Below, piece after piece: positions 13,490-26,049 of a stretch of DNA of 64,000 bases. The stretch spans positions 9,657,627 to 9,721,626 of the forward strand of contig MU058423.1 in NCBI GenBank assembly GCA_013265495.1, given 5' to 3'. Numbering within the stretch: the first letter of the stretch is position 1; each line of letters begins with the position of its first letter. Source of the DNA: Vicugna vicugna (lineage: Eukaryota). The notes under the pieces are model-generated. The model ran no database searches. It saw nothing but the letters and a program-made list of their open reading frames with translations, and was not told the DNA's origin. Made by a program: the position numbers and the translations under genes.

Positions 13490-14870
13490 TTGAGCTTTTA
13501 ATTGAAATAGAACAGATAATGGTGTGAACAGATTCAATATATATAGCCCAAAGTGAACTTCCACCAAGTGAACCCTCAAACGTCAACAGCACACAAGTTA
13601 AGGATAGAACATTGCCAACATCCCAATGTTAGAGCAGAAAGATAGCTACATATAAGCTGAGAAATGTGGGCATGGTGTTAACATCTTGGGGGCCCTCGGG
13701 CAGACAGAGAGAAGCAGGAACCTCCGTACTGATAAGAAGTCATACATTTGGGGTGATAAGCATCTTGGAGGCAGACAAAGGTGGGAAAAGTCAGGAATCT
13801 CTGGCATCCAAACGTAACCTTTTGCCCCTTATGTCCTTGCCTTGCAGGTAAGTATGGCATGAACCACAGCCATGACACTTTGACCAAGACTCAACAAGGA
13901 CAAAGATCCCTCCTCCCCTGGGCAAGGTGAAACTCGGGGAGCATGGCCCCAAACCCCTCCCTCTCCGATGAATATTCTGCCCATTCACTTTTACACTCCA
14001 TGTGACCAGCTTGCTAAGGAAACTCAGTGCAACTACTCACCTGAGTCTGCTCACTCGCCACTTGGGCGCATCCTATCCCTTAATAAATCCTCACTTTGGT
14101 TTCTTGAACTCCGTGTCTCATCTCTGAATTCTTCTGACTGTGATGAGACAAGAACCTACTCTTCAGTAACAGCAAAGCCAGCTTTATGCCCCTTACCTGT
14201 CACTACCCACCACTCTCAAGGCTAAGCATCACTCTGACTCCTACCCCCATGAAATAGTTTTGCCTGTTTTTGAAATACACATAAATAGAATCATTCTGTC
14301 TATACTACTTTGCCTGTGGGGTTTCTTTCGCTCAGGGTTACCTTTATGATATTCATCGAACTTCAGCATGTATTTGTATTTTTCCATATTCATTGTTGTA
14401 TAGTATCTAACTGTGTGGCTTTGTCACATTAAAAATATATATATATATATTCTACTGTTGACAGACATTTAGTTCGTTTTTGTTTTGGCTTTTACAAATA
14501 GTGACACTCCAGATATGATTATACATACATGGTTTCTGGTCAACATATGTGAGCGTTCTTGCAGGTGTTCACTAAGGAAGTGAACTGCTGAGTCATGCAC
14601 TGTGCACGTATCCAGCTGCAGCCATTACTGCCAAACAAAAAGCTCTTCAAAGTGCTTAAAGCAGCTTAAACCAACAGGAGGTGAGAGTTCTGGTCGTCTC
14701 ATGTCCTTGCAACGCTTGGCATTCCATCTGTCCTTTTCATCTAGCTATTCTAGTGGGTGTATAGTGAATGCTCATCGATTCTAATTAACTCCCTCCTAAC
14801 CTGTGGTGAAACTGAAGACTTCTGCAGGTGTTTGTTACCAACATGGGGCTCCTCTCTGTGAAGGGCACAC
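13490..14870 (-). mobile_element. Old LINE-1 3' region interrupted by a solo LTR
   Basis: agctttta ttgaaata...aacattgccaacatcccaa | agccagctttatgcccctt...tttgcctgtttttgaa..ataaatagaatcat. The L1 3'UTR motif resumes after the LTR. Confidence 0.7.
13627..14171 (+). mobile_element. Solo ERV LTR (ERV1-like), 545 bp
   Basis: Terminal inverted ends TGTTA...TAACA. AATAAA at 14082-14087 followed by a U5-like tract (tgtctcatctctgaattctt..gagacaagaacc). 4-bp flanks ccaa/gcaa. Confidence 0.85.
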
Positions 14871-15054
14871 CACAACAGCGATTGCTTCGTAAGAGAAATC
14901 TACAGTTCGGTCTACATATTAATGGTTCTACATTTTAATGAATACCCCTGGTGGCGATTGATTATTCATGCTAATATATTGCACAGGCTGTGTTCACATC
15001 AGGACAGGGACTGCAGTTAAGTCACCACTGTATTCTGGTCTCTAGCACAGTGCC

Positions 15055-15620
15055 CTAGTTTAAATAATTGGCTTTGCAGTTTTCTTCCTTTTATATATGA
15101 ACATTTTAAACTGTACATTTCTTTCTAAATACTGCATCAGCGCCACTTCAGTCACATCCTGTTAGTTTTGGTATGTTGTGTTTTTATTACCATTTAATAA
15201 GAAACATTTTCTGATTTCCCTTGTGATTTATTCTTTGTTCCATCAGTTGTTTAGAAGTAAGTGAATTAACTTCCAAATATTTGAAGATTTTCTAGGTATC
15301 TTTTTGATTTTTTAATTAAATGTAGTTGTGGTATGAAAATGTATGATTTCACTGTCTTTAAACTTGTTGTGACTTGTTTTATGGCCCAGTATATGGTCTG
15401 TCTTAGTGTTCCATAGTACGCTTAAGAAATGTATATCCTGCAGTTCTCTGTAATGCATAAGAAACAGGTCAAGGTTTGATAGCGTTATTCAAAACTTCAA
15501 TGTTCTTATTGTCATTTTTTTGCCTGTTCTATCAATTACAAAGACAAAGATATTAAAATCATCACCTATGAATGTGGATTTGTTCATTTCTTTCTTTAGT
15601 TCCGTTAACTTTTGCTGTGA
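15055..15620 (-). mobile_element. Old LINE-1 ORF2 fragment
   Basis: ttttggtatgttgtgtttttattaccatt, gacttgttttatggcccagtatatggtctgtctt and gttctatcaattac motifs. Confidence 0.75.
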
Positions 15621-18600
15621 TGTCTTCTTGATTCATTGATCTCTGACCTGGTTCATCTGGCAGGGCTGGTATCAGCACCTTTGGTTCTTTTCTCTTGCGC
15701 CAAATTCCTCAAAATGAATTTTTCAGTATCTAACCTGGAGATTATTAGTCTACCTGAGGTCATTCTGAGATCCCAGTGAGGGAAGGAGTTGGCTTTTCAA
15801 AATTCAGTATATGACTGATGGACTTTCACTTAACTTTGAGGGTTTTTTTTTTTTAAACTTTGAGCTTTTAATATGAATTCCTGCTCCCATCTGAGGTGTG
15901 TGCTTCCAAGGGACAGACTCAGTCTCATCATCTCAAGGACAAATTTTCAGTCTTCTGCAAAGGTGAGGAAGGGACAGTGAAAGAGTATTTGGTGGCTGTT
16001 GCTGATTCTTAAATAGCCTTTTGTTTTCAGCTTCACCTTGTCTCCTTTTTAAAGGTACCTGGTGCTGCAAACACAGCATTGTGAGAGAGGTGGTGAAGAG
16101 CAAATTAAGTTGTTTCCAAGTTTCCAAAAGTTTATTGCAGAGAAGATACGCCATGAAGGAGCTAGTTGCCAAAAGTATGCAAATAAGAGACCATTGTGGT
16201 CTACAGCTGTGTTACTGCTGAAATTCTATCATAGATTTATTCTTCCTATGAATATTCATCTGTTTACTTACTTAAATAAAAAATTGCTTCTCCCATTTCC
16301 AGAGGATTTGAATTGACAAATTAGTTGTTTTTTGGATTGTAAATCTCCCCTTTAAATGCAGATCACCCTGGGAAGTGTAACACACTGACCTCTCCATCGC
16401 TCATTTACATTATATTGCAACACAATTTAATCGAGTCCTTCTGGCAAACAAGTGAGAAACCTGCCCACTAGGACGGGGAGTGCGGGCAAATTAAGTGGAA
16501 GAGGGAATTGCGGTTCTGCATGGAGCACTGGAAGCTTGTAGGGTAGAAACTTACAGCCGTTGGGATAAAGAGTGAGGTCATGGGTTAAGGGTGAGAATTG
16601 ACAGAACCCAGAGTTTTTATGATGAGTTGGGAAGGGAGAGAGAGGAAAGAAGAATAATTCTGAGGTTTCCAGACTTAACTGTTGTCACAGTTTTCATACT
16701 CAAAACTCCTCTTCAAAAGCTCTAAGCAGAAATTTTAGAGTTTACATGAGAATTATAGATTTTTCTAAAACTGAATTTTCCCTCTAAGCCCTTAAAATAC
16801 AGATCAACCTTGCTTTCTTATATTGATTATGAGAAGTTATTTGTAAGTTACCAATTTTTCTTTTAAATTGAATTCTTCCACATCAATTTAGCTTGTAAAT
16901 TTAGAAAAACTTCACAAATTATTTATTACTTTATTGTTATTTTTTGATGCTGCAGCCTCTCTCACAAGTGTGTTTTACAGTTGGATGTCCTACTAAGTTA
17001 ACAGTTAAGAAAAGTAACTGTTTTGTATCTCCAAGAATACTTACACTTTAGCTGGCTCCCCCCACCACCCCATATTCAAATAGTGCCAACCCAAATTTTA
17101 AAATGTAGTTAACTTTTTGATTTAAAATGCTTGTACTTTCAGAGGCCAGATAGCTCATGTTTGTATGGCTGTCCATCACCTACGGAAGGCGTTTAGATAT
17201 GACTTTTGAAAATGCAATTGCATTAGGTAAACGTGTCCTTCGTAGCATGCTGGCGGTGTGTGTTCAGTTTCCCTGCAGGCAATATGCCAGCTTTAATAAG
17301 GTTTTTCTATAGTTACATTCGTTCCTATGGAAACTGACCTCTCTTGCAGTCTTCTCTCTCTCTCTCTATCACTTTAAAAACAGGTTACAGAAGCAACAGC
17401 CAGGAGGAAACATGAAGTATTCATGCAGCCACTGCTTGGAAGCTTCGACTAACATACTAACAGGTATATGTTTTCTCTTAAAGGCAACGCACAGACACAC
17501 ACCAACCCAAACGCCCAGTATTTATCTATGTCCAACAGTCTAGACCACAAGAACTGAATTTCTCTGACTTGGTAACGACACTACTCAGTGACGATGCTCC
17601 GGGGTCTTGGAGGGCATGTGTGAAAGCGGAAGAGCAGGGATAACAGAGCTGAAAGGTGATGGTTACTCACTGGGAATCATTTTGGTTCTGAGACACCATG
17701 AATGCGTAGGCTCCTGCTGTGCTCCTGGTGTCTGCAGATTAACGAAAAAGATAGAAATTGTTTAAAAGCTCACTTTAGAGATAGGAATCCTGACCTAGAT
17801 AGTCATGGATTTTGGAAGAGTTTCTTATTTTTTTTTCTCTCTCTACGACTACTACTTCCAAGGGATTCTAAATAAACTGTAGTGTTTTTTAAAAAAACAA
17901 GAAAAAATAGTAAGTAATAAACTGAACTCATATTAGAACAAGGCCTCTGTTCAAAAGTCCATTATTGAAAGAATCAATACTTTTTTTTTTCTCCTATTGA
18001 TAAGGAACTTTCCAAGCTAAATTTCCTTGATGAGATTTTGGTGGGTTAAATCCCTTGCCCCACCTCTCTCCGAATCTGGAATTCTTCTCCAGCCTGAATG
18101 GGTGTACATTTTTGAGTCGGATATTCACCAAGAAGGAAGAAAAAAGTCAAAATTTTTGTGCTGTACCATCATAGACATAGCTACAATCCCAGAACCTGGA
18201 TTGAAAAATCTGGTTTGTCAGTTAGCTAGTTAGTGAGCTTGACCGCATCTTCTGACTTCTTAGAGTTTTTGTCTCCCATTTGTCAAATTGAAATAAAAAC
18301 AATTATTAAGTTGTAGGGAGAATGTAATAAATTTACATGAGTGATTTTGAGTTTCTCCAACACCAGGCACTGGAGTAGGCAGTAGAAATCCAATGGAAAC
18401 ACACAATCCTCCTGGTGAATAACTTCCAATAAAATGGTTTCCAAATGCTAGTGTGAATCATTATCAACTGAGGTACTTATTAAAATATATAATCATTAAG
18501 ATGTAGACCACATTACAGTTTCCCCTTATGAAACAACAGCTGTTTTGTATGAAGTTATTTACAGTGCTTTCCCTCAGATGCATGGCTGGATCTTGCATTT

Positions 18601-19439
18601 CTTTAAGTCCTGCTCTAAATGCCATTTTCTTTATGTTGTGAATTAATGAAAAAAATGACTCCTTTCAAACAAAATTTTATCAGTAATATTATGTGTGTTT
18701 TGGACATGGACTAAAATTTTAAAACTGAAAGATTCAAGGCATTTGATCAATGGAAACTGACTAAAAATGCAAAGAGAAGAAAAAAGCCTGGTGGAGGAAG
18801 GATTCATTAGAGAGACAGGGGAATAAGGGTTTCCTTTAAAAATATGTTTGCTTCAGTAGCATGTATGGATTGGAAAGTGAATTGGGAAAGAACACTTTGA
18901 CCTTAGGAGAGAGCTGTGCAGCATGTTATTTTTCTCAATAGTTTTCTCCCTTGATTTGAAATATGCATAGTCAAGGCTAAAAATAAAGATTGAAAACCTA
19001 GTCAGGAAGTAAAAATCTATCTCCTTATCAAATACACAAAATAACTCATTTAGAACTAATGAAGAAAAGGTCATTTAACAAGATTCTTTCATAAGTGATG
19101 GAAAAATAAGAAATTCCTTGAGGGCAATGATCCACTCTTATTCACATTTTTTTTTTCTGTACAGCCTAGTTTAGAAGAGACCCTATGTAACTTTTTTTTT
19201 TTAATTTGAGAAACTAAAGCTAAAGACCTTCAAATGACTCTGAGGTCGTAATATTTTCAGAATTCTATGTAAACTGAGTACAGTTCAATTTTTAGGACTT
19301 GAGCTGGAGGCTGAAATTTTTCCATAATAGCATTATCTATCTTACTGTTTTTAGACAGAGTGCCTTTTTAAAGTTAATAATAAACCAATAATAATAAAAC
19401 TAATAGGGAATGCATTAGGTACAGCAGTCGGTTGCGGGG

Positions 19440-19600
19440 TGAGCTTTGCCCCTAAAGAGCCTGCGTTTAGTCCTGATTCATGATCTTGGGCAAGTTCTCA
19501 ATCTTACAGTTCATCAGTTTGCTCATCTGTAAAGTGGGAAGAATAACAGTGTCTACTTTGGGAGGTTATTCTGAGGACTGCAGCTGGTAGGCACCTACTG
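19440..19600 (+). mobile_element. MIR SINE
   Basis: tgatcttgggcaagttctcaatctt..tcagtttgctcatctgtaaagtgggaagaataacagt matches the MIR core. Confidence 0.75.
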
Positions 19601-20077
19601 AGCTGGTACCAGATGGAGCTCTGCATGGGCACAGAGAATGTGTGATACCACGTCTCTGGTTTGTCACAGCGCTGAGCACAGCTTACAACAGCAACTGCAA
19701 CGACAATGCTTATGATGCAGCCCGTGCAGCCCCAGTCCCCTGGTTTGAAGGGAGGAGAGGAAGGAACTGCTCTAGTTCCACGTTAAGGTGGCAGCAGTGG
19801 CTTCAGGGTCACAGAAAACAACTCCTTCCAAATGCAGATGGAACCTACACTATCTTCGCCCCTAACGGTTGCTGTATATAGTGACTAAGATTAGCTCAAA
19901 TCAACATTGCTTTCTGGCTGGATCTTATATTTTTAAATGCCACTTTGTTATTATAGTAATGTACGTATTTAATATTCGAGCAGCAGGTTTATTATTATTT
20001 TAATAAATATCAAGTAGCTTATTCATCATAATTTCAATTACTATATTGAGATATTTTAATACACAACACAAATGGCA

Positions 20078-20112
20078 CTACTGCCTCCTGGTGGCAGTCA
20101 GCTGAATTACAG
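20078..20112 (-). promoter_or_regulatory. Candidate CTCF binding site (core plus upstream module)
   Basis: Minus strand CTGTAATTCAGCTGACTG-CCACCAGGAGGCAG-TAG. The core is close to CCASYAGRKGGCRS, and a TGYART-like upstream module starts 17 nt before it. Confidence 0.6.
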
Positions 20113-20339
20113 GTGGACACATTCAGGTCTGGAAAATGCCTGGTTAGTCCATGGATAACTCTTGAATCATTCACTGAAACCATTTACTTGATTATGTTAC
20201 AGCTCATTGGGCTCATAGCATCAGCTGTTTATAATGAGGAAGTTAAAATGTAAGTTTCTTAACAAGCAAGCCCTAAATTTTGCTAATTTATATTCATGCT
20301 ATTTATTAGAAATTGTACACGTATCATCCATCTGATTGT

Positions 20340-21600
20340 CAAAATCTATGTCCAGCTATCAAGAAGAATTATCAGGCGTATCAAAAGGCAGGGAAAAAAA
20401 GCACAATTTGAAGAGACAGAGCAAGCATCAAAACCAGACATGGTAGGGATGTTCGAAGTATCAGAATGAAAAAACCGGCCATGAGCTGGGAGAATATGTT
20501 TTAAAAAGACTTATCTGCTAAAGGGCCCTTATCCAAATTGTACCAGAACCCCTTCAAACTCGGCAATAAGAAAACAAACAACCTGATTGGAAAACAGGCC
20601 GCAGATCTTAACAGGTACCTCATCAAAGAAAACATACGGGTGATAAACAAACATAAAAATATGCCCACATCATGTCCTGTCACCTGTGAAATGCAAATTA
20701 AAACAGCAAAGAGACAGCATGTACACCTCTTAGAATGACCAACATCCAGAGCACCAGCACCACCGAATGCTGCCTGTGATGCGGGGCAGCAGGAATTCCC
20801 ATACATGATGGTGAGGATGCAAATGGCACAGTCAGTTTGAAAGACAGTTTGGTGGCTCCTTACATCACTAAACATGCTCTTACCTTGCAATTCAGCAACC
20901 GCACGCCTTGGTGTTTATTCAAAGGACTTGAAAACTATTGTCCTTCACATGGATGCTTATAGCAGCTTGTTCATAACTGCCCCAAACTCAGAAACAACCA
21001 AGATATCCCTCAGTGGGTGAACAGATAAATAAATTGTGACATATCCAGACAATAAAATATGATTCAGCGTTGAAAAAGCACGAAGAAACATGGAGGAAAT
21101 TTAAATGCATTTTACTAAGTGGAAGAAGCCAACCTGAAAGGCTATATATGATATGATTCCAATTATATGACAGTCTGGAAAAGGTGAAATTATGGAGACA
21201 GTTAAAAGACCAGTGGGTGATCATTTCACAAAATATACAAATATCAAATCATTATAGTGTATACCTAAAATTAATATAATATTATATCTCAATAATGTTG
21301 CAATAAAAATATGAAATGAACAAAAAAAATGAATGGTCTCCAGGAGTTGATAGGGGGAGGGCAGGATGACGAGATGGAACCCTCTTCTGTATGATGTTAG
21401 AATGGTGGATATCAGTCATTATACATTGTCTAAACCCATAGAACGTTCAACACTAAGAGTGAACCCTAGTGTAAATGATAGACTGAGAGATAATGATGTG
21501 CCATCAATGGTAACAAAGGTACCACTCTACTAGGGGACATGGATAATGGAGTGGCTACGTGTGTGTTGGGGCAGGGTGTATATGAGGAAATCTCCGTAAC
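20340..21600 (+). mobile_element. LINE-1 (L1MC-like) ORF2/3' end, with a short nested L1 3' end at ~21217-21330
   Basis: gggagaatatgtttt..cttatccaaa, gaaatgcaaattaaaacagca, ggatgcaaaatggcacagtcagtttgaaagacagttt and aaacccatagaacgttcaacactaagagtgaacccta motifs. Confidence 0.85.
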
Positions 21601-22229
21601 ATCTCTAAATTATTTTCCCTATTACAGGTAGCAAAACTGAGACACACAGTAGGTAAAGCTGGAATCTGAATACTTGTCAGCCTGACCCCAAAGACCTTTT
21701 CACCATAATCCTGAAAATAATTGTGATCTCCTTGAAGCAGTTTGGGTGGGAATAAGAGACCAGTGGATCTGCCAGATATAAATAAATTGTGATAGTCCAT
21801 GGACCCTAATGTCTGATTTTGAATTTGAAAAATAACCTTGAACGCTAACGATAAAGAGTGCTTTCTGTTTTGTTTGCTTTTTTTTTAAAATAATAGAGTA
21901 AGTAAGTTTTCTTTATTGGCACTCGCCTCTACAGAGAGTGCTGTGGAGGTGGGAATATTTGAACAAACAACTGTTGCAAAATCATATCTATTGTGAGGAG
22001 ACAGCTTGTTCCAAGAAATCTGGCTTGCACCATGTCAACATTTTAAAAAGATGCTTCAAATAAGAAAAAAGATAAAAATATAAATATATTTGGCTTCAAA
22101 GCCTTGGAGGCACTTCTGAGAACTGTGGGACTTCAGGGAACAATCAGATAGACAACCATTTCTCTTCCAAGTCTTCTCATGCTTTTTTCTTTAGATAATG
22201 AATTCTGTTATTTATTTATTTTCATATTT

Positions 22230-22750
22230 TTTTCACTCATAGTAGGTAGACTACACTGTACTCATTCAATTAGTCTTGTATTTATTGAGCACCTATTTTG
22301 TTAGGAACTGCTGATGAGAGGCTCACAATTTAGTGTGTAGTAAACATTCAGTGCCTTGTTAATTAAGTTGATTGATTGTTCAAACTGTATAATTAAGTGA
22401 ACAGATTGGCCATGGAGAGCACAGATCTATAAATATTCTCAAAAGGAAGAGAGTTTAGCCTTTTTGAAAAAGATACGAACTCTGGTGTCATAATATTTCA
22501 TTCATTCATTCGTTCCAAATGTTTATGGCATGTCTAACCTATGTGGTGGGCAATGTGCTGAACATTAGGGATTCCAGAATGAACAGAAGGCAGTGATTTC
22601 CTGCCCTCAGTGCCCTTCTGACACCTACCAGTTGTGGGACTTTGAGTAAATCACTCCTCTTGCGTTTCCCTTTTTTTTAATGTGTGAAATGTAGATAATT
22701 ACAGTAATTATACCTTAGGTGATATCTTCTAGCTCTGAAGTTGTACATGG
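22230..22750. mobile_element. LINE-2 3' ends and a MIR fragment
   Basis: tatttattgagcacctatt, ttcattcattcattc..aaatgtttatggca and gtgggactttgagtaaatcact motifs. Confidence 0.55.
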
Positions 22751-22823
22751 CAAGACTGAGATTTAGTCTTGAAGGACAAAGAGGAGCAAAGACTTTCCGG
22801 CAAGAGAGTTAAAAATAAACTAG

Positions 22824-22862
22824 ACACACACACACACACACACGCACACATACTCACACACA
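22824..22862. repeat. (CA)n microsatellite
   Basis: acacacacacacacacacacgcacacatactcacacaca. Confidence 0.9.
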
Positions 22863-23304
22863 GAAATGAAGAAGTGAAGCCTGTGGCAGCAATAGGTTTG
22901 TATGGAGAAGTCGTGGACTATAAGGAGCTACAGGCGGTGTTGTAAAGAGTCTTGAAACTGGTATGACGGAGACTGATCGTTCTCACCTAGGATCATTCTC
23001 ATCCCTTTCCATCTGGCTAGAGAAGGCACACAATTTTATCGGGTATTGGGGCCTCTCAGCTACAGGCGACGTCCTCCAGCCTCTCTTGCAGCAAGGGGGT
23101 GCAGCTTGCTCCAGCTGGGTGGATTGTGCGTGACAGATGCAACTTTGATGTCATCTTCCCCAAGACAAAGCTGCTTGATCTTGACTTCCTCCTTCCCACT
23201 CCTACTCCGGCTGGGAATCATGACAACTAGAGTAACTTTGGAAGCCGCGAGTTAAAGATAGTAAAGCCACTTCTCCAACTACGGGCTGCTCATATCTGCA
23301 GTTA

Positions 23305-24265
23305 CGTGAGATGGAATCATACAGTGTGCAACCTTTTGGCTTTGTTATTCAGCATAATTCCCTGGAGATTCATTCAAGTGTGGGTAACAATAGTTCATTT
23401 CTTTTTATTGCTGAGTAGTAGTCCATGGTGTGGTTGTGTAATAGTTTGTTTAACCATTCACCCAAGGAAGGACATCTGGATTATTTCCAGTTTTTGTCTA
23501 TTATTAATAGAACTGAGGATGACTATACAGGTACCATTTTTCATGTGGACATCAGTTTTTATTTCTGTGGGATAAGTGCCCAAGAGTGCAATTCCTGGGT
23601 CATATAAGTGTATATTTAGGTGGTTTTTTTTTTTTTCAGATAAATTTCCAGGTGATTTCCTGAGTGGTTATACCATTTTACATTCCCATCAGCAATGTAT
23701 AAGTAAGGCAGTTTCTCCACATGCTTGTTAGCATTTGGTATTACCATTATTTTTTATTTTAAACACTCTTATAGGTGTGTAGCAATATCTTGTTATAGTC
23801 TTAATTTGTATTTCTCAGGAGGCTAATGATGTTGAATATCTATTCATGTGCTTATTTGCTATCTGTGTATCCTTTTTGAAATGACTGTTCATATCTTTGT
23901 CCATTTTTTATTTTACTGTTTTTCTTTTTTAGTCTTTACTCTTCAATGTTATTCATTTTTTACTGTTTGAGGTTTGAGGATTTTTTCTGCAATATCTGGC
24001 TTTGACTTTAAAAACATAGCCCATAAAGAGAAAAAATAAAATTGGAACTCATCAAAATTTTAAAACGTTGCTCTTTGAAGGACCCTGTTAAGAGGATGAA
24101 AAGATATACACTACAGACTGGAAAAAAAAATATTTGCATACAATATATCCAACCAAGGACCAGCAGCTAGTTTTTGTTCTAGCCGAAAGATTTTCTCCTG
24201 TGTTTTTCACTAAAAAATTTCACATTTTACATTCAAGTCCTTGACTTGTTTTGAATTTATTTTTA
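23305..24265 (-). mobile_element. Old LINE-1 with an internal opposite-strand segment (~24000-24160)
   Basis: Antisense motifs (gggataagtgcccaagagtgcaatt, ccattttacattcccatcagcaatgtat, ctaatgatgttgaatatct) flank a sense-oriented piece (aagaggatgaaaaga..tacagactggaaaaaaaatatttgca). Confidence 0.8.
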
Positions 24266-25535
24266 AGACTACCTCTTTTTTATACATCCAGAAGTATCTG
24301 TGATTATTTAATTTAGATGCAGAATGGGAAAGACTGGGCTTGGGGTAAAGTGAATCAGTTTTTTCTGATATTCAAAGATAATGTATCTTTTCTCAGAAGG
24401 ACATCATAAGCTAGAAGTTACTAACCCTACCACAGAGGGAAAACAGTTCCTAGCACAGAGAATAGCTAGCTTCGTTTCTACAAGGTAGTCACTGGGTAAC
24501 AGTGTCCCGAGGTGATTAAGAGAAAAAAAGATTTTATATGAATGCAGTTTTCATTTTTTTTCTTCTTCATTCTCATTCATCTACTTGTCAACTGTACTGT
24601 TTTTAAAACCTAACATTAGGGTTTAGATGGATCTTTTTCTCATAGGCAATCACTGGGAATCTTTAGGTAGGGGGAGTAAAGGAGATAAAATGGACACTCA
24701 ACAAGTCTGTTCAAAAGAATTGGTGGCAGAAATACAGCTTTTCTCACCGCCCCTTCTTTTCATTGACCATAGTGCACAAACACACAGTTAAGGACTTTCA
24801 TTGATTAATAATTGTATGATTAGTGAAATAAAAGTCATTTCTGTATCAGAGAACTCATCTGGAATTTTTTTTTTTTTTTTTTACAATTAGAAAGCACATT
24901 CTGGGGATTTTGTGTGGTTGGTTCTTAACCTGTAATATCACATACTATTACTGAAATCTATACTTTCTCTGAGCTGTAGTGTTTGATCCTAGAGCATTTT
25001 AGAAACTCTACAGAATAAGGGCAAGAGACATTTAATAAGCAGAGGAAATAAAATGTCCAGTCACAAAGAGGCCATTTATCCATTTTTTTGGGTCCCATTT
25101 TCCTTTTAGATTAAACCATTTAAACTCTTTTTGATTTCCCTCAATTATTTTAATTAAATTACTCTCTGAATCACACATACATTTCCATATTTTATTTGAA
25201 CTTCAATATGACCCATAGATACCAAGTAAAGACTTGAGCTGTAGAAGACAGAAATGATATGGCCTCGTAGGATAGTTTCTAATGTGTGTAACCCAGAATC
25301 CACTCACCTGATACCTCATGAGAAAGGTACTAGGATCAGGGGTACTTGTATACAAATCACTTACTTTGTTATGTAATAAAATGGTTGGTATAGATTTTTA
25401 GCAATTCCCTTGGCTTGCTTACATAAACTTGAAGTCAAAGATGAAAATACTTGTAAGTCATTTTAGACTAGAAAGTTATTTCCTATTTTCTTTGTCAGCA
25501 AGCACGTCCAGAAATATCTGTGATTATTTAATCTA

Positions 25536-26049
25536 GTAAAGACAAAAATCTGACTCCATACTGGATCTGTTCCTTTAGCTCTAACCCTGGGCTCTGTTTC
25601 CTATGCTGAGTCCTGCCGGTTCTGCACCTTTTGTAACAGAATGTTGCCTAGAGCCTAAAAATATACCGGACAGCCTATTCTCAAAGTTCTGACCTTTAAG
25701 GGTATAACACTTTTCTATTCATACAGAAATAAAAAGTTGCAGAACAGAGAATAACATTTGTCTTGTTGGAAGTTTATAGGAACATCGTGACCTGACCTAC
25801 GTGGGCAGCTGCAAGGACAAAGGATTCCAACTCCAAGAAGTTTGCAACAACCAACCACACCCCGCCCCGTTTTTACTATAAAAGGATCCTGAATTCTGAC
25901 TTTGGGAAGATGGTTATTTAGGACATTAGTCCTCTATCTTCTCAATCTGCTGGTTTTCTGAATAAAGTTTTATTCCTGGCCCCAGCACCTCGTCTCCCAG
26001 TTTACTGGCCTGTTGTGCAGTGAGCAGAATGAGTTTGGACTTGGTAACA
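25536..26049 (+). mobile_element. Solo ERV LTR (ERV1-like)
   Basis: Starts ..taaagacaaaaatctgactccat. TATA-like tataaaag at ~25878, AATAAA at 25961-25966. Ends gtgagcagaatgagtttggacttggtaaca. Confidence 0.8.

Noticed and set aside
14942..14958. Second CTCF-like motif (minus strand CGCCACCAGGGGTATT)
   Set aside because: Lacks the GGC at the 3' end of the core and has no clear upstream module. Too weak to call.
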